Source: Planctomycetes bacterium RIFCSPHIGHO2_12_FULL_52_36 | GTDB taxonomy: Bacteria; Planctomycetota; Brocadiia; Brocadiales; Bathyanammoxibiaceae | Direction: 5' to 3' | NCBI GenBank assembly: GCA_001828545.1 | Contig: MHYW01000136.1 | Location: 1-25,840, forward strand | DNA: 25,840 bases | Part shown: positions 1 through 8,684 of the stretch, piece after piece | How the letters are laid out: the number at the start of each line of letters is the position of its first letter | Position numbering within the stretch: the first letter of the stretch is position 1 | Position numbers and translations under genes: made by a program | Notes under the pieces: model-generated | Databases searched by the model: none | The model's input: the letters and a program-made list of their open reading frames with translations, nothing else | What the model was told of the DNA's origin: nothing

Positions 1-2
1 CA

Positions 3-644
3 CTGGATATTGCCGAAAAGCTGGTAAGTTCTAATGGGGTGGATATCATAGTAATAGATTCCGTGGCGGCCCTGGCACCCAGGGCTGAGATAGAGGGGGA
101 GATGGGGGATACCCACATAGGACTCCAGGCCCGGCTCATGTCCCACGCCTTAAGGAAGCTTTCAGGTATAGTGTCCAAGACCCATACCTCCCTCATCTTT
201 ATAAACCAGATAAGGGAGAAGATTGGGGTGATGTTTGGCAATCCTGAGACCACCCCCGGAGGCCGTGCCCTCAAGTTTTATGCCTCCGTGCGGATAGAGA
301 TACGCAAGATTGGGGTCATAAAGGAGGGAGAACAGGCTCTTGGAAGCAGGGTAAGGGCGGCTGTGGTAAAGAACAAGGTAGCCCCTCCTTTCAGGAAGGC
401 AGAGTTTGATATAATGTTTAACCATGGTATATCCCTGGCGGGGGACGTCCTGGACCTGGCCCTTGAGAATCAATTGGTGGAGAAGAGCGGCGCATGGTTC
501 TCCTATGGGGACCTCCGCCTGGGACAGGGGAGGGAAAACTCCAAACTATATCTTGAACAGAACCCGAAGGTACTGGAGGAGTTGAGAAAGGGCATACTCA
601 AGAAGACGCCTTCCGAGCAACCAAAGGCAGCCGCCTCGGAGTGA
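3..644 (+). CDS. recA: Recombinase RecA (5' part outside window)
   Basis: Frame is open from base 3 ([24 protein letters not shown]). Hallmark motifs: [79 protein letters not shown]. Confidence 0.99.
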   Translation: MDIAEKLVSSNGVDIIVIDSVAALAPRAEIEGEMGDTHIGLQARLMSHALRKLSGIVSKTHTSLIFINQIREKIGVMFGNPETTPGGRALKFYASVRIEIRKIGVIKEGEQALGSRVRAAVVKNKVAPPFRKAEFDIMFNHGISLAGDVLDLALENQLVEKSGAWFSYGDLRLGQGRENSKLYLEQNPKVLEELRKGILKKTPSEQPKAAASE

Positions 645-660
645 ATAGTAACGGTAAGTA

Positions 661-687
661 GTAGGGGCAGGGTAACCCTGCCCCTAC
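661..687. repeat. GTAG-type REP-like palindrome, copy 1
   Basis: gtaggggcagggt-a-accctgcccctac: perfect 13-bp arms in the recA-alaS gap, followed by degenerate 7-mers (cctactg tctgctc cttactg). Confidence 0.85.
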
Positions 688-717
688 TGTCTGCTCCTTA
701 CTGCCTTCTCTAACCAG

Positions 718-3387
718 ATGAAAACCGACGAACTCAGGCAGAGATTCCTTCAGTTTTTCCAGAAGAAGGGCCACACGGTGGTACCCAGCGACTCACTGGT
801 ACCCACCCTTGACCCCACACTCCTCTTCACAGGGGCAGGGATGAACCAGTTTAAGGACATGCTCCTCTGTAAAGGGAAACTGGAATTTACCAGGGCCGCC
901 TCCTGTCAGAAGTGTCTCCGCACGGGGGATATTGAGAACGTCGGTAAGACCTCTTCCCACCACACCTTCTTTGAGATGCTGGGGAACTTCTCCTTCGGCG
1001 ATTACTTCAAAAAGGAGGCCATCCAGTGGGCCTGGGAATTCCTGTTAGAGGAGTTAAAATTGGCCCCGGAACGCCTGTACGCCAGCATCTACAAGGAGGA
1101 CGAGGAGTCCTTTGAGGTATGGAATAAGACCATTGGCCTTCCCCCCAACAAAATCCTCCGTTTTGGAGAGAAGGAAAACTTCTGGCCCTCTAACGCCCCC
1201 TCCCTGGGCCCCAATGGCCCCTGTGGCCCATGCTCAGAGATTTTCTATGACCAGGGGGAGAAGGCGGGCTGCAGACGCAAGGACTGCCAGCCCAACTGCC
1301 CACACTGTGAGCGGTTCGTAGAGGTGTGGAACCTGGTATTCGTCCAGTTTAACCGTGTGGGAGAGATGAAGCTGGAACCGCTGGAACATAGGAGTATAGA
1401 CACAGGCATGGGCCTGGAGAGGATTGCCAGGGTCATGCAGGGGACGTATACCAATTTTGAGATAGACCTATTCACCCCGATTATACGCAACGTAGAAGAG
1501 ATTCTAGGCAAGCGATACGTCTCCAGCTCAGAGGAAGGCAGGCTCTTCCGCAGGATAGCCGACCACATGAGGGCCGTAGTCTTTTGCATATCCGACGGGG
1601 TACTGCCCAGTAATGAGGGCAGGGGCTACGTGGAAAGGAGACTGCTGAGGCGGGCGGTGAGAGACGCCATGGGCCTGTCCGGGCTGGAAGAGGCCGCCCT
1701 CTATAAACTTGTTCCCACTATTACAGAGGTAATGGCAAAGCCTTACCCAGAGGTAAGCCAACGAAGAGATAACATTGCCAGGATAATAAAGAATGAGGAG
1801 GAAAAATTCCTTAGTACCTACACCCAGGGTATCCAGCGTCTGGAAGAGGTGGTGGCAGGATTAAAGAAGGGCGGAGAGAAGACCCTGTCTGGAGAGGAGG
1901 CCTTCCGCCTTTATGATACCTACGGTTTCCCCCTGGACAGCACCATAGACTATTGCGAATCCATGGGCCTCAAGGTGGATACCCATGGTTACGAGAAGTA
2001 CATGAAGGACAGGATTAGCCTCTCCCGCAGTGCTTCCGGCCTTGTCCAGGCGGTCTTTGACGTAGGGCCCATTGCCCAACTAAAGGAGACGGTCAGGGCA
2101 ACGGAATTCCTGGCCCATCAAGGGGGTGCTGTAGAGGCCCAGGTTGCAGGGATATTAAAGGACGATACCCTGGTATCCAGGGCCGCCCAGGGGGAGATGG
2201 TGCAGGTGGTACTGGACCGCACGGCCTTCTACGGGGAGGCAGGGGGGCAGGTAGGAGACACAGGGCACCTCAGAGGACAGGAGGTGGAACTTGAGGTCCT
2301 GGATACAAAGCGTGCCGAGGGCTTCTTTCTCCACCATGCGAAGGTACTTAAAGGTACGCTAAAACCAGGAACCAAGCTCCAGTGTCAGGTAGACCTGGAG
2401 AGGAGAAAGGCGATAAGCCGCAGTCACACTGCTACTCATTTACTCCATCACGTATTGAGGAAGGTGATTGGAGACCATGCCGAGCAGTCAGGCTCCCAGG
2501 TAGCCCCAGATAGGTTGCGATTTGACTTCCACCACTTCCAGTCCCTCACAAGAGAAGAGCTAGTCAGGGTAGAGGATATGGTTAATGGGTGTATCAGGGA
2601 AGACGCCCCTGTGACAGCAGAGGAGATGCCCATAGAGGAGGCCAGGAAGAGGGGGGCCATTGCCCTCTTCGGAGAGAAGTACGGGGAGAGGGTCCGCCTG
2701 GTGGACATCGGGGGTTATAGTAAGGAGTTCTGCGGGGGGATCCACCTCCAACGGAGTGGGGAGGTGGGTCTCTTTAAACTGGCAAGCGAGGGCTCTGCGG
2801 CGGCTGGCATCCGCCGTATAGAGGCCCTTACAGGCCCAGCCGCCCTTCAGAGGGTTAGAGAGACTGAAGGGGTGCTGGAGAGGCTATCCACCACCCTGAA
2901 AGTCCCTGAAGGGGCAGTGCTCCAGAGGGTAGAGGTACTACTGGGGGAGATGAAGAGGCTCGAAAAAGGCACAATGGGAGACCAGTTGAGGGACTTCATG
3001 GCCGAGGGCCTACTCAAGGAGGCCAGGGAGGTCAATGGAGTGAGGGTCATCGTCCAGAAACTTGAGGCCCTCAGGGTGGACGACCTGAGAAAGATTATTG
3101 ACTACATAAAGGGGATGCCCTCCATGGCGGCGGTACTGGGGACAAAGGAGGATGGACGGGCAGTAATAATCGTATATATTGGTAAGGAGCTCGTAAAGAA
3201 GGGGCTCAACGCCTCAGAGATTGCCAGGGACGTAGCCAAGGTCATTGGTGGGGGTGGTGGAGGGAAGGCTGATATGGCCCAGGCGGGTGGTAAAGACGCT
3301 GGCAAAATAGACGAGGCCCTTGAGTATTCCTTTAAACTCATAAAAGAGAAGGTGGCAAGGCAGGTATGCCCCACCCCAGGTGGATGA
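718..3387 (+). CDS. alaS: Alanine--tRNA ligase
   Basis: LLFTGAGMNQFK, HHTFFEMLGNFSFGDYFK, GPCGPCSEI, DTGMGLER, RIADHMR, LYDTYGFP, editing-site HTATHLLH and CGGIH, C-terminal GGGGGGKADMAQAGG (DHHA1). Confidence 0.99.
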   Translation: MKTDELRQRFLQFFQKKGHTVVPSDSLVPTLDPTLLFTGAGMNQFKDMLLCKGKLEFTRAASCQKCLRTGDIENVGKTSSHHTFFEMLGNFSFGDYFKKEAIQWAWEFLLEELKLAPERLYASIYKEDEESFEVWNKTIGLPPNKILRFGEKENFWPSNAPSLGPNGPCGPCSEIFYDQGEKAGCRRKDCQPNCPHCERFVEVWNLVFVQFNRVGEMKLEPLEHRSIDTGMGLERIARVMQGTYTNFEIDLFTPIIRNVEEILGKRYVSSSEEGRLFRRIADHMRAVVFCISDGVLPSNEGRGYVERRLLRRAVRDAMGLSGLEEAALYKLVPTITEVMAKPYPEVSQRRDNIARIIKNEEEKFLSTYTQGIQRLEEVVAGLKKGGEKTLSGEEAFRLYDTYGFPLDSTIDYCESMGLKVDTHGYEKYMKDRISLSRSASGLVQAVFDVGPIAQLKETVRATEFLAHQGGAVEAQVAGILKDDTLVSRAAQGEMVQVVLDRTAFYGEAGGQVGDTGHLRGQEVELEVLDTKRAEGFFLHHAKVLKGTLKPGTKLQCQVDLERRKAISRSHTATHLLHHVLRKVIGDHAEQSGSQVAPDRLRFDFHHFQSLTREELVRVEDMVNGCIREDAPVTAEEMPIEEARKRGAIALFGEKYGERVRLVDIGGYSKEFCGGIHLQRSGEVGLFKLASEGSAAAGIRRIEALTGPAALQRVRETEGVLERLSTTLKVPEGAVLQRVEVLLGEMKRLEKGTMGDQLRDFMAEGLLKEAREVNGVRVIVQKLEALRVDDLRKIIDYIKGMPSMAAVLGTKEDGRAVIIVYIGKELVKKGLNASEIARDVAKVIGGGGGGKADMAQAGGKDAGKIDEALEYSFKLIKEKVARQVCPTPGG

Positions 3388-3393
3388 GAGAAG

Positions 3394-3867
3394 GTGACAC
3401 CAAAATTCTTAGCAGACCTTACTGGGATTGACGTAGACCGCCCGGTTATAACCCTGGAAGAAATCAGGGGGGTGAACCCTCATCGGCACGAGATGGAGCA
3501 ACTCTCGGGGATACTGAGGTTTGACCCGGACAATAAGCTCATCATAGGCTACAAGGACGTGGGTAGGGAGGAGTTCTGGGTTCGGGGACATATCCCTGGC
3601 AGGCCCCTTATGCCGGGGATTCTCATGGTGGAGGCGGCGGCCCAACTCTGTACCTTTTATTATAAGAAGTGCATCCCTGACGACAGATTCCTGGGTTTTG
3701 GCGGGGTGGACAAGGTAAAGTTCAGGGGCACAGTCTTACCCGGAGACAAGCTAATCCTTATCGCCAGGAACATAGAACTCAGGCCCCGTCGTGCCACCTT
3801 TGAGTGTCAGGGGGTGGTGGACGGGAGGATTGTCTTTGAAGGGATAATCATAGGCATGGCCATTTAG
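3394..3867 (+). CDS. fabZ: 3-hydroxyacyl-ACP dehydratase FabZ/FabA family (hotdog fold)
   Basis: GHIPGRPLMPGILMVEAAAQL (canonical GHFP..P.MPGV...E..AQ), VKFRGTVLPGD. GTG start 7 nt after the alaS stop. N-terminal NPHRHEMEQL variant. Confidence 0.88.
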   Translation: MTPKFLADLTGIDVDRPVITLEEIRGVNPHRHEMEQLSGILRFDPDNKLIIGYKDVGREEFWVRGHIPGRPLMPGILMVEAAAQLCTFYYKKCIPDDRFLGFGGVDKVKFRGTVLPGDKLILIARNIELRPRRATFECQGVVDGRIVFEGIIIGMAI

Positions 3868-3896
3868 GAAAATCTGCGGAAGTAAAAGAGAAGCCC

Positions 3897-4829
3897 ATGA
3901 TTTTCTGCGCGGTATTAATAAAGTCTGTTTCCCGGTATAGACTTTTTGCCTGCACGTATTTTTTATCTTTTTACATCCTTACCATCATCTTATTTCCTAC
4001 TTTTTTGCAGGCTCAAGCAACGTCCGAAAAGAGACCCGACCTTGCTCTTTCCAATTTCTTCTCCGAGGGATGGAAATTCTCTTGGTGGGAAGAACCTATG
4101 GAAGGCCCAGCCCAGTCCCCACGCTTCAGGCTTCTCAAAATTCCCGCCACCGTCTTTGAGCGTGAAGTGCGCATGAATTACTCATTCACCAACAATGCAG
4201 ACAGCGGCAAGCTAGATGAACATGAATGGGAGCTTGAATTTGAAATGCCCGTCAGCAGAAGACTTTTAATAGAAGTTGAACCAAGTGTCTCGTTTGTATC
4301 TCCTGATGACGGTGATGACCATAGTGGCCCTGGCGATACTTCATTCATATCCAGGATAATGTTCCTTGAGACACGTAACACCACTCTTCTATCTTTATTG
4401 GACGTAAAATTTCCTACAGGAGATAAAGACCGCGGGTTGGGAGGAGGCAAGACCGTTATAAGCCCTGGTCTTGGCCTTTGGAGAGACCTTGGTGGACGCT
4501 TCGCCCTCCACGGCTTCTTCGGCTTTAATATCCCCGTGGGTGGTACCACCGACGCAGACCCGGATACCACAGTTAATTATAGTGCAGCAGTGACAAAGAC
4601 CATAACCCCCAAATATAAGCCTCTCCTGGGGAATTTTACCTTGTTTACCGAAATCAACGGAAGCTCAGATGTGGGGGCCCGCCATGACGTTACTGTCGTA
4701 AGCATCCTGCCCGGCGCCAGATGGAATTTGGGACGCGAATTCTGGCTTATGCCAGGGGTGGAATTTCCCATTATCGGAAGAGATACGTTTGACAATCGTA
4801 TTTGGTTTAGCATATTGAAGGATTTCTGA
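3897..4829 (+). CDS. Outer-membrane beta-barrel, putative transporter (MetA-pathway/phenol-degradation-like family)
   Basis: Hydrophobic signal peptide ending FLQAQA, alternating amphipathic strands, GPGDT..ISR and KFPTGDKDRGLGGG motifs, terminal Phe (FSILKDF) typical of Bam substrates. Family assignment by resemblance only. Confidence 0.7.
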   Translation: MIFCAVLIKSVSRYRLFACTYFLSFYILTIILFPTFLQAQATSEKRPDLALSNFFSEGWKFSWWEEPMEGPAQSPRFRLLKIPATVFEREVRMNYSFTNNADSGKLDEHEWELEFEMPVSRRLLIEVEPSVSFVSPDDGDDHSGPGDTSFISRIMFLETRNTTLLSLLDVKFPTGDKDRGLGGGKTVISPGLGLWRDLGGRFALHGFFGFNIPVGGTTDADPDTTVNYSAAVTKTITPKYKPLLGNFTLFTEINGSSDVGARHDVTVVSILPGARWNLGREFWLMPGVEFPIIGRDTFDNRIWFSILKDF

Positions 4830-4838
4830 AAATAAAAG

Positions 4839-4866
4839 GTAGGGGCACGGCATGCCGTGCCCCTAC
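4839..4866. repeat. GTAG-type REP-like palindrome, copy 2; possible bidirectional terminator
   Basis: gtaggggcacggcatgccgtgcccctac: perfect 28-bp palindrome between convergent genes. Confidence 0.85.
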
Positions 4867-4889
4867 TGCTGTAGATTTAAATAAGTGGT

Positions 4890-5567
4890 TCAGGACAGCA
4901 GGCCAAGAAGCTCGCCAATATTTTTAATAAAGAAGTCTGGTTCCATTTCTTTCTGAGAAGAACTGGCAAACCTCTCGTAGTGCTGGCCGTGCCGTAACAT
5001 GGCGGTGGTCATTCCAAGGGCCGCGGCGGCGGCGAGTTCGTCTTCTATGCGGTCTCCCACACACATTACCTCTTTTGGGGTAAGGTGGTATTTTTTCATG
5101 AGACGCTGGAAGCAATCTCCTTTAGCCTTACCCTCTCCATCTCTTTTCACTATCATCACCTCGTCCAGTAGTGGCTTTAGCCCCAGTTGGTTTAGTTTGG
5201 CCTCTTGTTCCTCCAGGTTCCCGGAGGTAACCAGGAATATCTTCAATCCTCGTCCTCTAAGGGCCTGCAGGGTGGGGGGGACGTTGGGGAATAGTCTAAT
5301 CTGACTCAGGTCTGGAGACCTCTGTAGTACAGCCTGAATCTCGTTCAGGAAGCCGGGGGGCAGACCTAAACGGTGGGCCAGGCCCTCGTAACGCCCATAT
5401 TTACGTACCTCCTCGTCCCCTTGCAAGACTTTCAGGGCCTCTTTCTCTGAACAGTCCTTATATCTGGCCACAACCCTGGCCAACTCCCGCCTCCTGTCCC
5501 TGGAAAGGGTGTTGGAACAGTCGTAAAGGGTGTCATCCAGGTCAAAGATTAGGGCCTTTATCTGCAT
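4890..5567 (-). CDS. HAD-superfamily (subfamily IA) hydrolase
   Basis: Motif I IFDLDDTL, motif II LVTSGN, motif IV CVGDRIEDE. SD GGGGAG upstream. Confidence 0.9.
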   Translation of the reverse strand: MQIKALIFDLDDTLYDCSNTLSRDRRRELARVVARYKDCSEKEALKVLQGDEEVRKYGRYEGLAHRLGLPPGFLNEIQAVLQRSPDLSQIRLFPNVPPTLQALRGRGLKIFLVTSGNLEEQEAKLNQLGLKPLLDEVMIVKRDGEGKAKGDCFQRLMKKYHLTPKEVMCVGDRIEDELAAAAALGMTTAMLRHGQHYERFASSSQKEMEPDFFIKNIGELLGLLS

Positions 5568-5576
5568 ATCTTTTCT

Positions 5577-5644
5577 CCCCTCTATTAAGAGGGGCCGGGG
5601 GTGTGTTAGTACACACCCCTTTATCCCCTCTTTCTAGAGGGGAT
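5577..5644. repeat. Three adjacent hairpins (CCCCTCT..AGAGGGG family)
   Basis: cccctct-atta-agagggg (5577-5594), ggggtgtgt-tagt-acacacccc (5598-5619), atcccctct-ttct-agaggggat (5623-5644). Confidence 0.7.
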
Positions 5645-5721
5645 TGGACCGGGGGCGCTCATAGACATTTTCAGAGACCCGTATCCTGAGAAACTCATTA
5701 GAAATTGGAAAATGCCAGGTA

Positions 5722-5756
5722 CAAATTTCAAATTTAAAATCTCCAATTTGCAATTC
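5722..5756. repeat. Degenerate heptamer tandem repeat (5 units)
   Basis: caaattt caaattt aaaatct ccaattt gcaattc. Confidence 0.6.
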
Positions 5757-5763
5757 CTTGTCT

Positions 5764-7461
5764 TTATCGGACGGGGAAGAGGGGGAGTCGGGCGTATACC
5801 CTGCATATGGCATTGGCCAGCTTATCGGGGTCATGTCTCAAGAGGTCCTGTTTCTCCCACAGGACCCTGGGCGTCTCAAGGTCTTCTATCAGGTCAGTCT
5901 CAATTATCTTCACAAACAGATTATGGGCCTCCGGGTCAAGGCGGACCATCCTGGCCCCTTCACGCTCGTATTTCTCCAGTACATCTTTCTTGGGCATACA
6001 GTTGTTTGCCAGGACGTAGTCAAGGACGTCCTCCCCCAGGTGGACAATCAGTGCCCTTATATGGTCGGAGGGGGTGTAGCCGTCCGTCTGACCAGGCTGG
6101 GTGACTATGTTGCAGACGTATATCTTGGCGGCATGGGAGTTTTTGATAGCCTCTCGCAGTCCCTTTACCAGGATGTTGGGTATAACGCTTGTGTACAGGC
6201 TCCCCGGACCAAGGACGATTATGTCTGCATTAGAGACCTCCTCTAAGGCATCAGGCAGGGGTTCTACGTTGTTAGGCTTTAATAGTACCCTCTTGATGGG
6301 GGGTTTCCCTGGTTGTCGTACGTTGAATTCCCCTTCTACTATGGTACCGTCGGCCAGTTCTGCACATATATGGGTATCCTCCAGTGTGGAGGGGAGCACC
6401 TTACCGCTTATGGCCAGTATCTTGCTGGCCTTTTTAATGGCTAGTTCAAAACTCCCCGTCATATCCGTTAATGCGGTCATGAGTAGATTACCTAGGCTCA
6501 TCCCCTTGAGGGACCCCCTGTCAAAGCGGTACTGGAAGAGTTTGTAGAGGTCTTCCTGTTGTTCTTCCGTCTCAGAGAGGGCTACCAGGCAGTTCCTGGC
6601 GTCACCGGGCGGGAGCATGCCGTATTCTTCTCTTAACTGGCCAGAGCTCCTGCCTGAATCGGTAACGGTGACCAGGGCCGTGGGGTTTCTACTGAAGGTC
6701 TTTAGTCCCTGGAGCACCATCGGGAGACCTGTCCCTCCACCCACTGCCACTATTTTGAGCCTATCCGGGAATTTGCCCATGTTTATCAACTCAAGGATGG
6801 TGGGGAGGGAATACATCTTGTTTATCCTGTAGTCGGGTTTTTCACTCTCCTGTCGGGGAGGTTCCGATTTGTAGCGGCCGTGGAGCATCTGTACGGCGAA
6901 CGTGCCCATGTTTTTGGCCACCCGTATCTCGGCATCAATGCGGTCTCCTACTACCACAGCCTCCCCGGGCATGAGGTCATATTTCCTTAGTAGTCCCCTG
7001 TAACAGTCCTCCAGGAGCAGGCCCACCTCCTGGTCGTTAATGATTATCTGGTCAAAGAAGGGGGCAATGCCCAGGAGTTCTATCTTTTTTTCCTGCCTGG
7101 TATGGACCCCGGTGGTGACCAGGAGGAGTTTGTATTTCTCCAGCCTTAATTGTCTCAGGGTAGGGATTACGTCAGGGAAGGGCTGTACATTAGAGACCTC
7201 ACTGCTGTTATAGGCCTGAAGGGCGGCCTTCACCAGGCCCTGTCCCATACCATACATGCGGGCAATCTCGTCAAAGACCAGGGAAGAGGGCCCAAGTTTT
7301 TCTGCCACGGTCTTCTGGAGTTCGTAGGCTACCTCTTCGCTGACAGGGAGACCCTGTCCCACCATGGCCCTGGACGCCCGACGCCGAGAGGCCTCTACCA
7401 GTAGACCTGTGCAGTCAAAGAGTGTATCATCCAGGTCAAAGATTACTGCCCTTATCCGCAT
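5764..7461 (-). CDS. yvcK: Fusion: N-terminal HAD-IA hydrolase + C-terminal YvcK/GlmR (UPF0052, CofD-like) domain
   Basis: Residues ~1-225: IFDLDDTL, VTTG, VGDRIDAE. Residues ~232-565: KIVAVGGGTGL, VTVTDSGRSSG.LR, LPPGDARNCL, GMSLGNL, IVLGPGSLYTSVIPN, NIVTQPGQTDG, LRHDPDKLA. SD AAGGAG. Confidence 0.92.
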   Translation of the reverse strand: MRIRAVIFDLDDTLFDCTGLLVEASRRRASRAMVGQGLPVSEEVAYELQKTVAEKLGPSSLVFDEIARMYGMGQGLVKAALQAYNSSEVSNVQPFPDVIPTLRQLRLEKYKLLLVTTGVHTRQEKKIELLGIAPFFDQIIINDQEVGLLLEDCYRGLLRKYDLMPGEAVVVGDRIDAEIRVAKNMGTFAVQMLHGRYKSEPPRQESEKPDYRINKMYSLPTILELINMGKFPDRLKIVAVGGGTGLPMVLQGLKTFSRNPTALVTVTDSGRSSGQLREEYGMLPPGDARNCLVALSETEEQQEDLYKLFQYRFDRGSLKGMSLGNLLMTALTDMTGSFELAIKKASKILAISGKVLPSTLEDTHICAELADGTIVEGEFNVRQPGKPPIKRVLLKPNNVEPLPDALEEVSNADIIVLGPGSLYTSVIPNILVKGLREAIKNSHAAKIYVCNIVTQPGQTDGYTPSDHIRALIVHLGEDVLDYVLANNCMPKKDVLEKYEREGARMVRLDPEAHNLFVKIIETDLIEDLETPRVLWEKQDLLRHDPDKLANAICRVYARLPLFPVR

Positions 7462-7492
7462 AATCTCCTTTTCTCAGCCCGAAATTATCCCC

Positions 7493-7521
7493 AATTTAGA
7501 GTAAAAACATACCAAAGTCAA
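7493..7521 (-). promoter_or_regulatory. Putative sigma70 promoter for the HAD-yvcK gene
   Basis: Minus strand TTGACT-N17-TAAATT, about 30 nt upstream of the ATG at 7461. Confidence 0.5.
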
Positions 7522-7538
7522 CCTGCATAACAAAGTAA

Positions 7539-7565
7539 GTAGGGGCGGGGTCACCCCGCCCCTAC
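7539..7565. repeat. GTAG-type REP-like palindrome, copy 3
   Basis: gtaggggcggggt-c-accccgcccctac. Overlaps the DUF192 stop and is flanked by cctactg cctactg cttact. Confidence 0.85.
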
Positions 7566-8053
7566 TGCCTACTGCTTACTCTCTCAGGTGGTAGCTCCAC
7601 CTTGTCCCCCACCTTTACGTTGTGCCTCTCAAACCATCCCTCCAGCATCTCTAAGGCGTACCTCGCCTTTTCTTTAGAGTCATGACTACTAAGACTGAGT
7701 GGCTCCATGGACTCAATCTGGGTGATTGTGCCCTCAGTTGATATGAAGGCAATGGAAAGGGGTATATGGGTATTCTTCATCCAGAAGGTGAGATAATCCT
7801 CCTCTGGGAACACAAAGAGCATACCGTAGTCTTCGGGGAGCTGTCGCCTGTACATCAGTCCTAGACCACGTTCACTGGGTGTACGGGCCAATTCCACGGT
7901 AATCACCTTCCCAGCAACTTTTAACTGGTAAAGCTCCTTTCCCTCCGTTGTGGACCTGGTGTAATAAAAGGCCACAACCAATAGTATGAATAGAAGACAT
8001 ACAACTGCGTATGGTAATCTGCCCGAGGCGGATTTTCTGTCACTCCTGGACAT
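7562..8053 (-). CDS. DUF192 family protein, membrane-anchored
   Basis: N-terminal TM, VELARTPSERGLGLMYR, GMLFVF, FWMKNTHIPLSIAFI, YALEM..GWF. Confidence 0.92.
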   Translation of the reverse strand: MSRSDRKSASGRLPYAVVCLLFILLVVAFYYTRSTTEGKELYQLKVAGKVITVELARTPSERGLGLMYRRQLPEDYGMLFVFPEEDYLTFWMKNTHIPLSIAFISTEGTITQIESMEPLSLSSHDSKEKARYALEMLEGWFERHNVKVGDKVELPPERVSSRQ

Positions 8054-8684
8054 TGTCTTTCAGAAGCCCATTGCAACGTTTACAGAAGGTGTCCGGTTTC
8101 CTATCCGTATCCGGAAGACTATTAGAAAAGAACATGACGCAGTGGGGGTCGGGACAGTGTCTCATGCCCCAGACGTGGCCAAGCTCATGTACGGCCTCCT
8201 TGACCGTCCTCTCCATTAATAAGGTAGTATCTGCTGGTTTTCCGTAGAATTCCTGCCTGAGGCGGCAGAGGGATATGATAGCCATGTCTTTAGTCGGGAG
8301 GGCCTCCCCAAAGACAAAATTGAGGTTAGGGACAAAGAGGTCTACCTCCGTTACCGCCAGGAGTAGGGGCAGGGTTACCCTGCCCCTACCAATACGGGGT
8401 CTGGTCGTCTCCAGGCCCTGCAGGACCCTCGTGGAATTGTATTGGTTGCGCCCCTGGTCAAAGGCCGCCTTTGAAATCTCTACTGGTTCCCCTATCTCAG
8501 CGGCCACCCCTAACTTGTCTCTCAGGGACTGAGCCAGTTCCTTTAGAAGACCTTTCTCCACCTTACCTACAGGTACCAGGTACACTACCCTTGAATGTTG
8601 GGCCATGCAGGGGGTGTTAGTAGCGATGGCCAGGAATAGAAGGGACAAGACGTCCGCGGAGAAGGGGGAGCGGAGTAATCTCAT
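8040..8684 (-). CDS. amzA: Archaemetzincin (peptidase M54) zinc metalloprotease
   Basis: RNQYNS, VTEVDLFVPNLNFVFGEA, EAVHELGHVWGMRHC...CVMFFSNS...FCKRC. ATGA overlap with the nfi stop; an alternative start at MAQHS is possible. Confidence 0.92.
   Translation of the reverse strand: MRLLRSPFSADVLSLLFLAIATNTPCMAQHSRVVYLVPVGKVEKGLLKELAQSLRDKLGVAAEIGEPVEISKAAFDQGRNQYNSTRVLQGLETTRPRIGRGRVTLPLLLAVTEVDLFVPNLNFVFGEALPTKDMAIISLCRLRQEFYGKPADTTLLMERTVKEAVHELGHVWGMRHCPDPHCVMFFSNSLPDTDRKPDTFCKRCNGLLKDNVQE
8363..8389. repeat. GTAG-type REP-like palindrome, copy 4, inside the archaemetzincin CDS
   Basis: gtaggggcagggt-t-accctgcccctac is the exact reverse complement of copy 1 (661-687). It is 27 nt and read in frame as part of GRGRVTLPLL. 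Confidence 0.85.

Noticed and set aside
5659-5700. Motifs resembling IS terminal repeats (also gagacccctgcaaaagtcta near 23665)
   Set aside because: No transposase, matched inverted-repeat pair or target duplication; resemblance too weak to call.
5621-5834. Small minus-strand ORFs (61 and 66 aa) between yvcK and the HAD gene
   Set aside because: They translate heptamer repeats and hairpins and overlap the yvcK end; no protein-like features.
8251-8270. cctgcctgaggcggc in amzA and ccgcctggctgaggcgga in GT4 (~22675) as further repeat copies
   Set aside because: They encode conserved protein motifs (SLCRLRQEFYG; NYPPQPGG), so coincidence is the simpler explanation.
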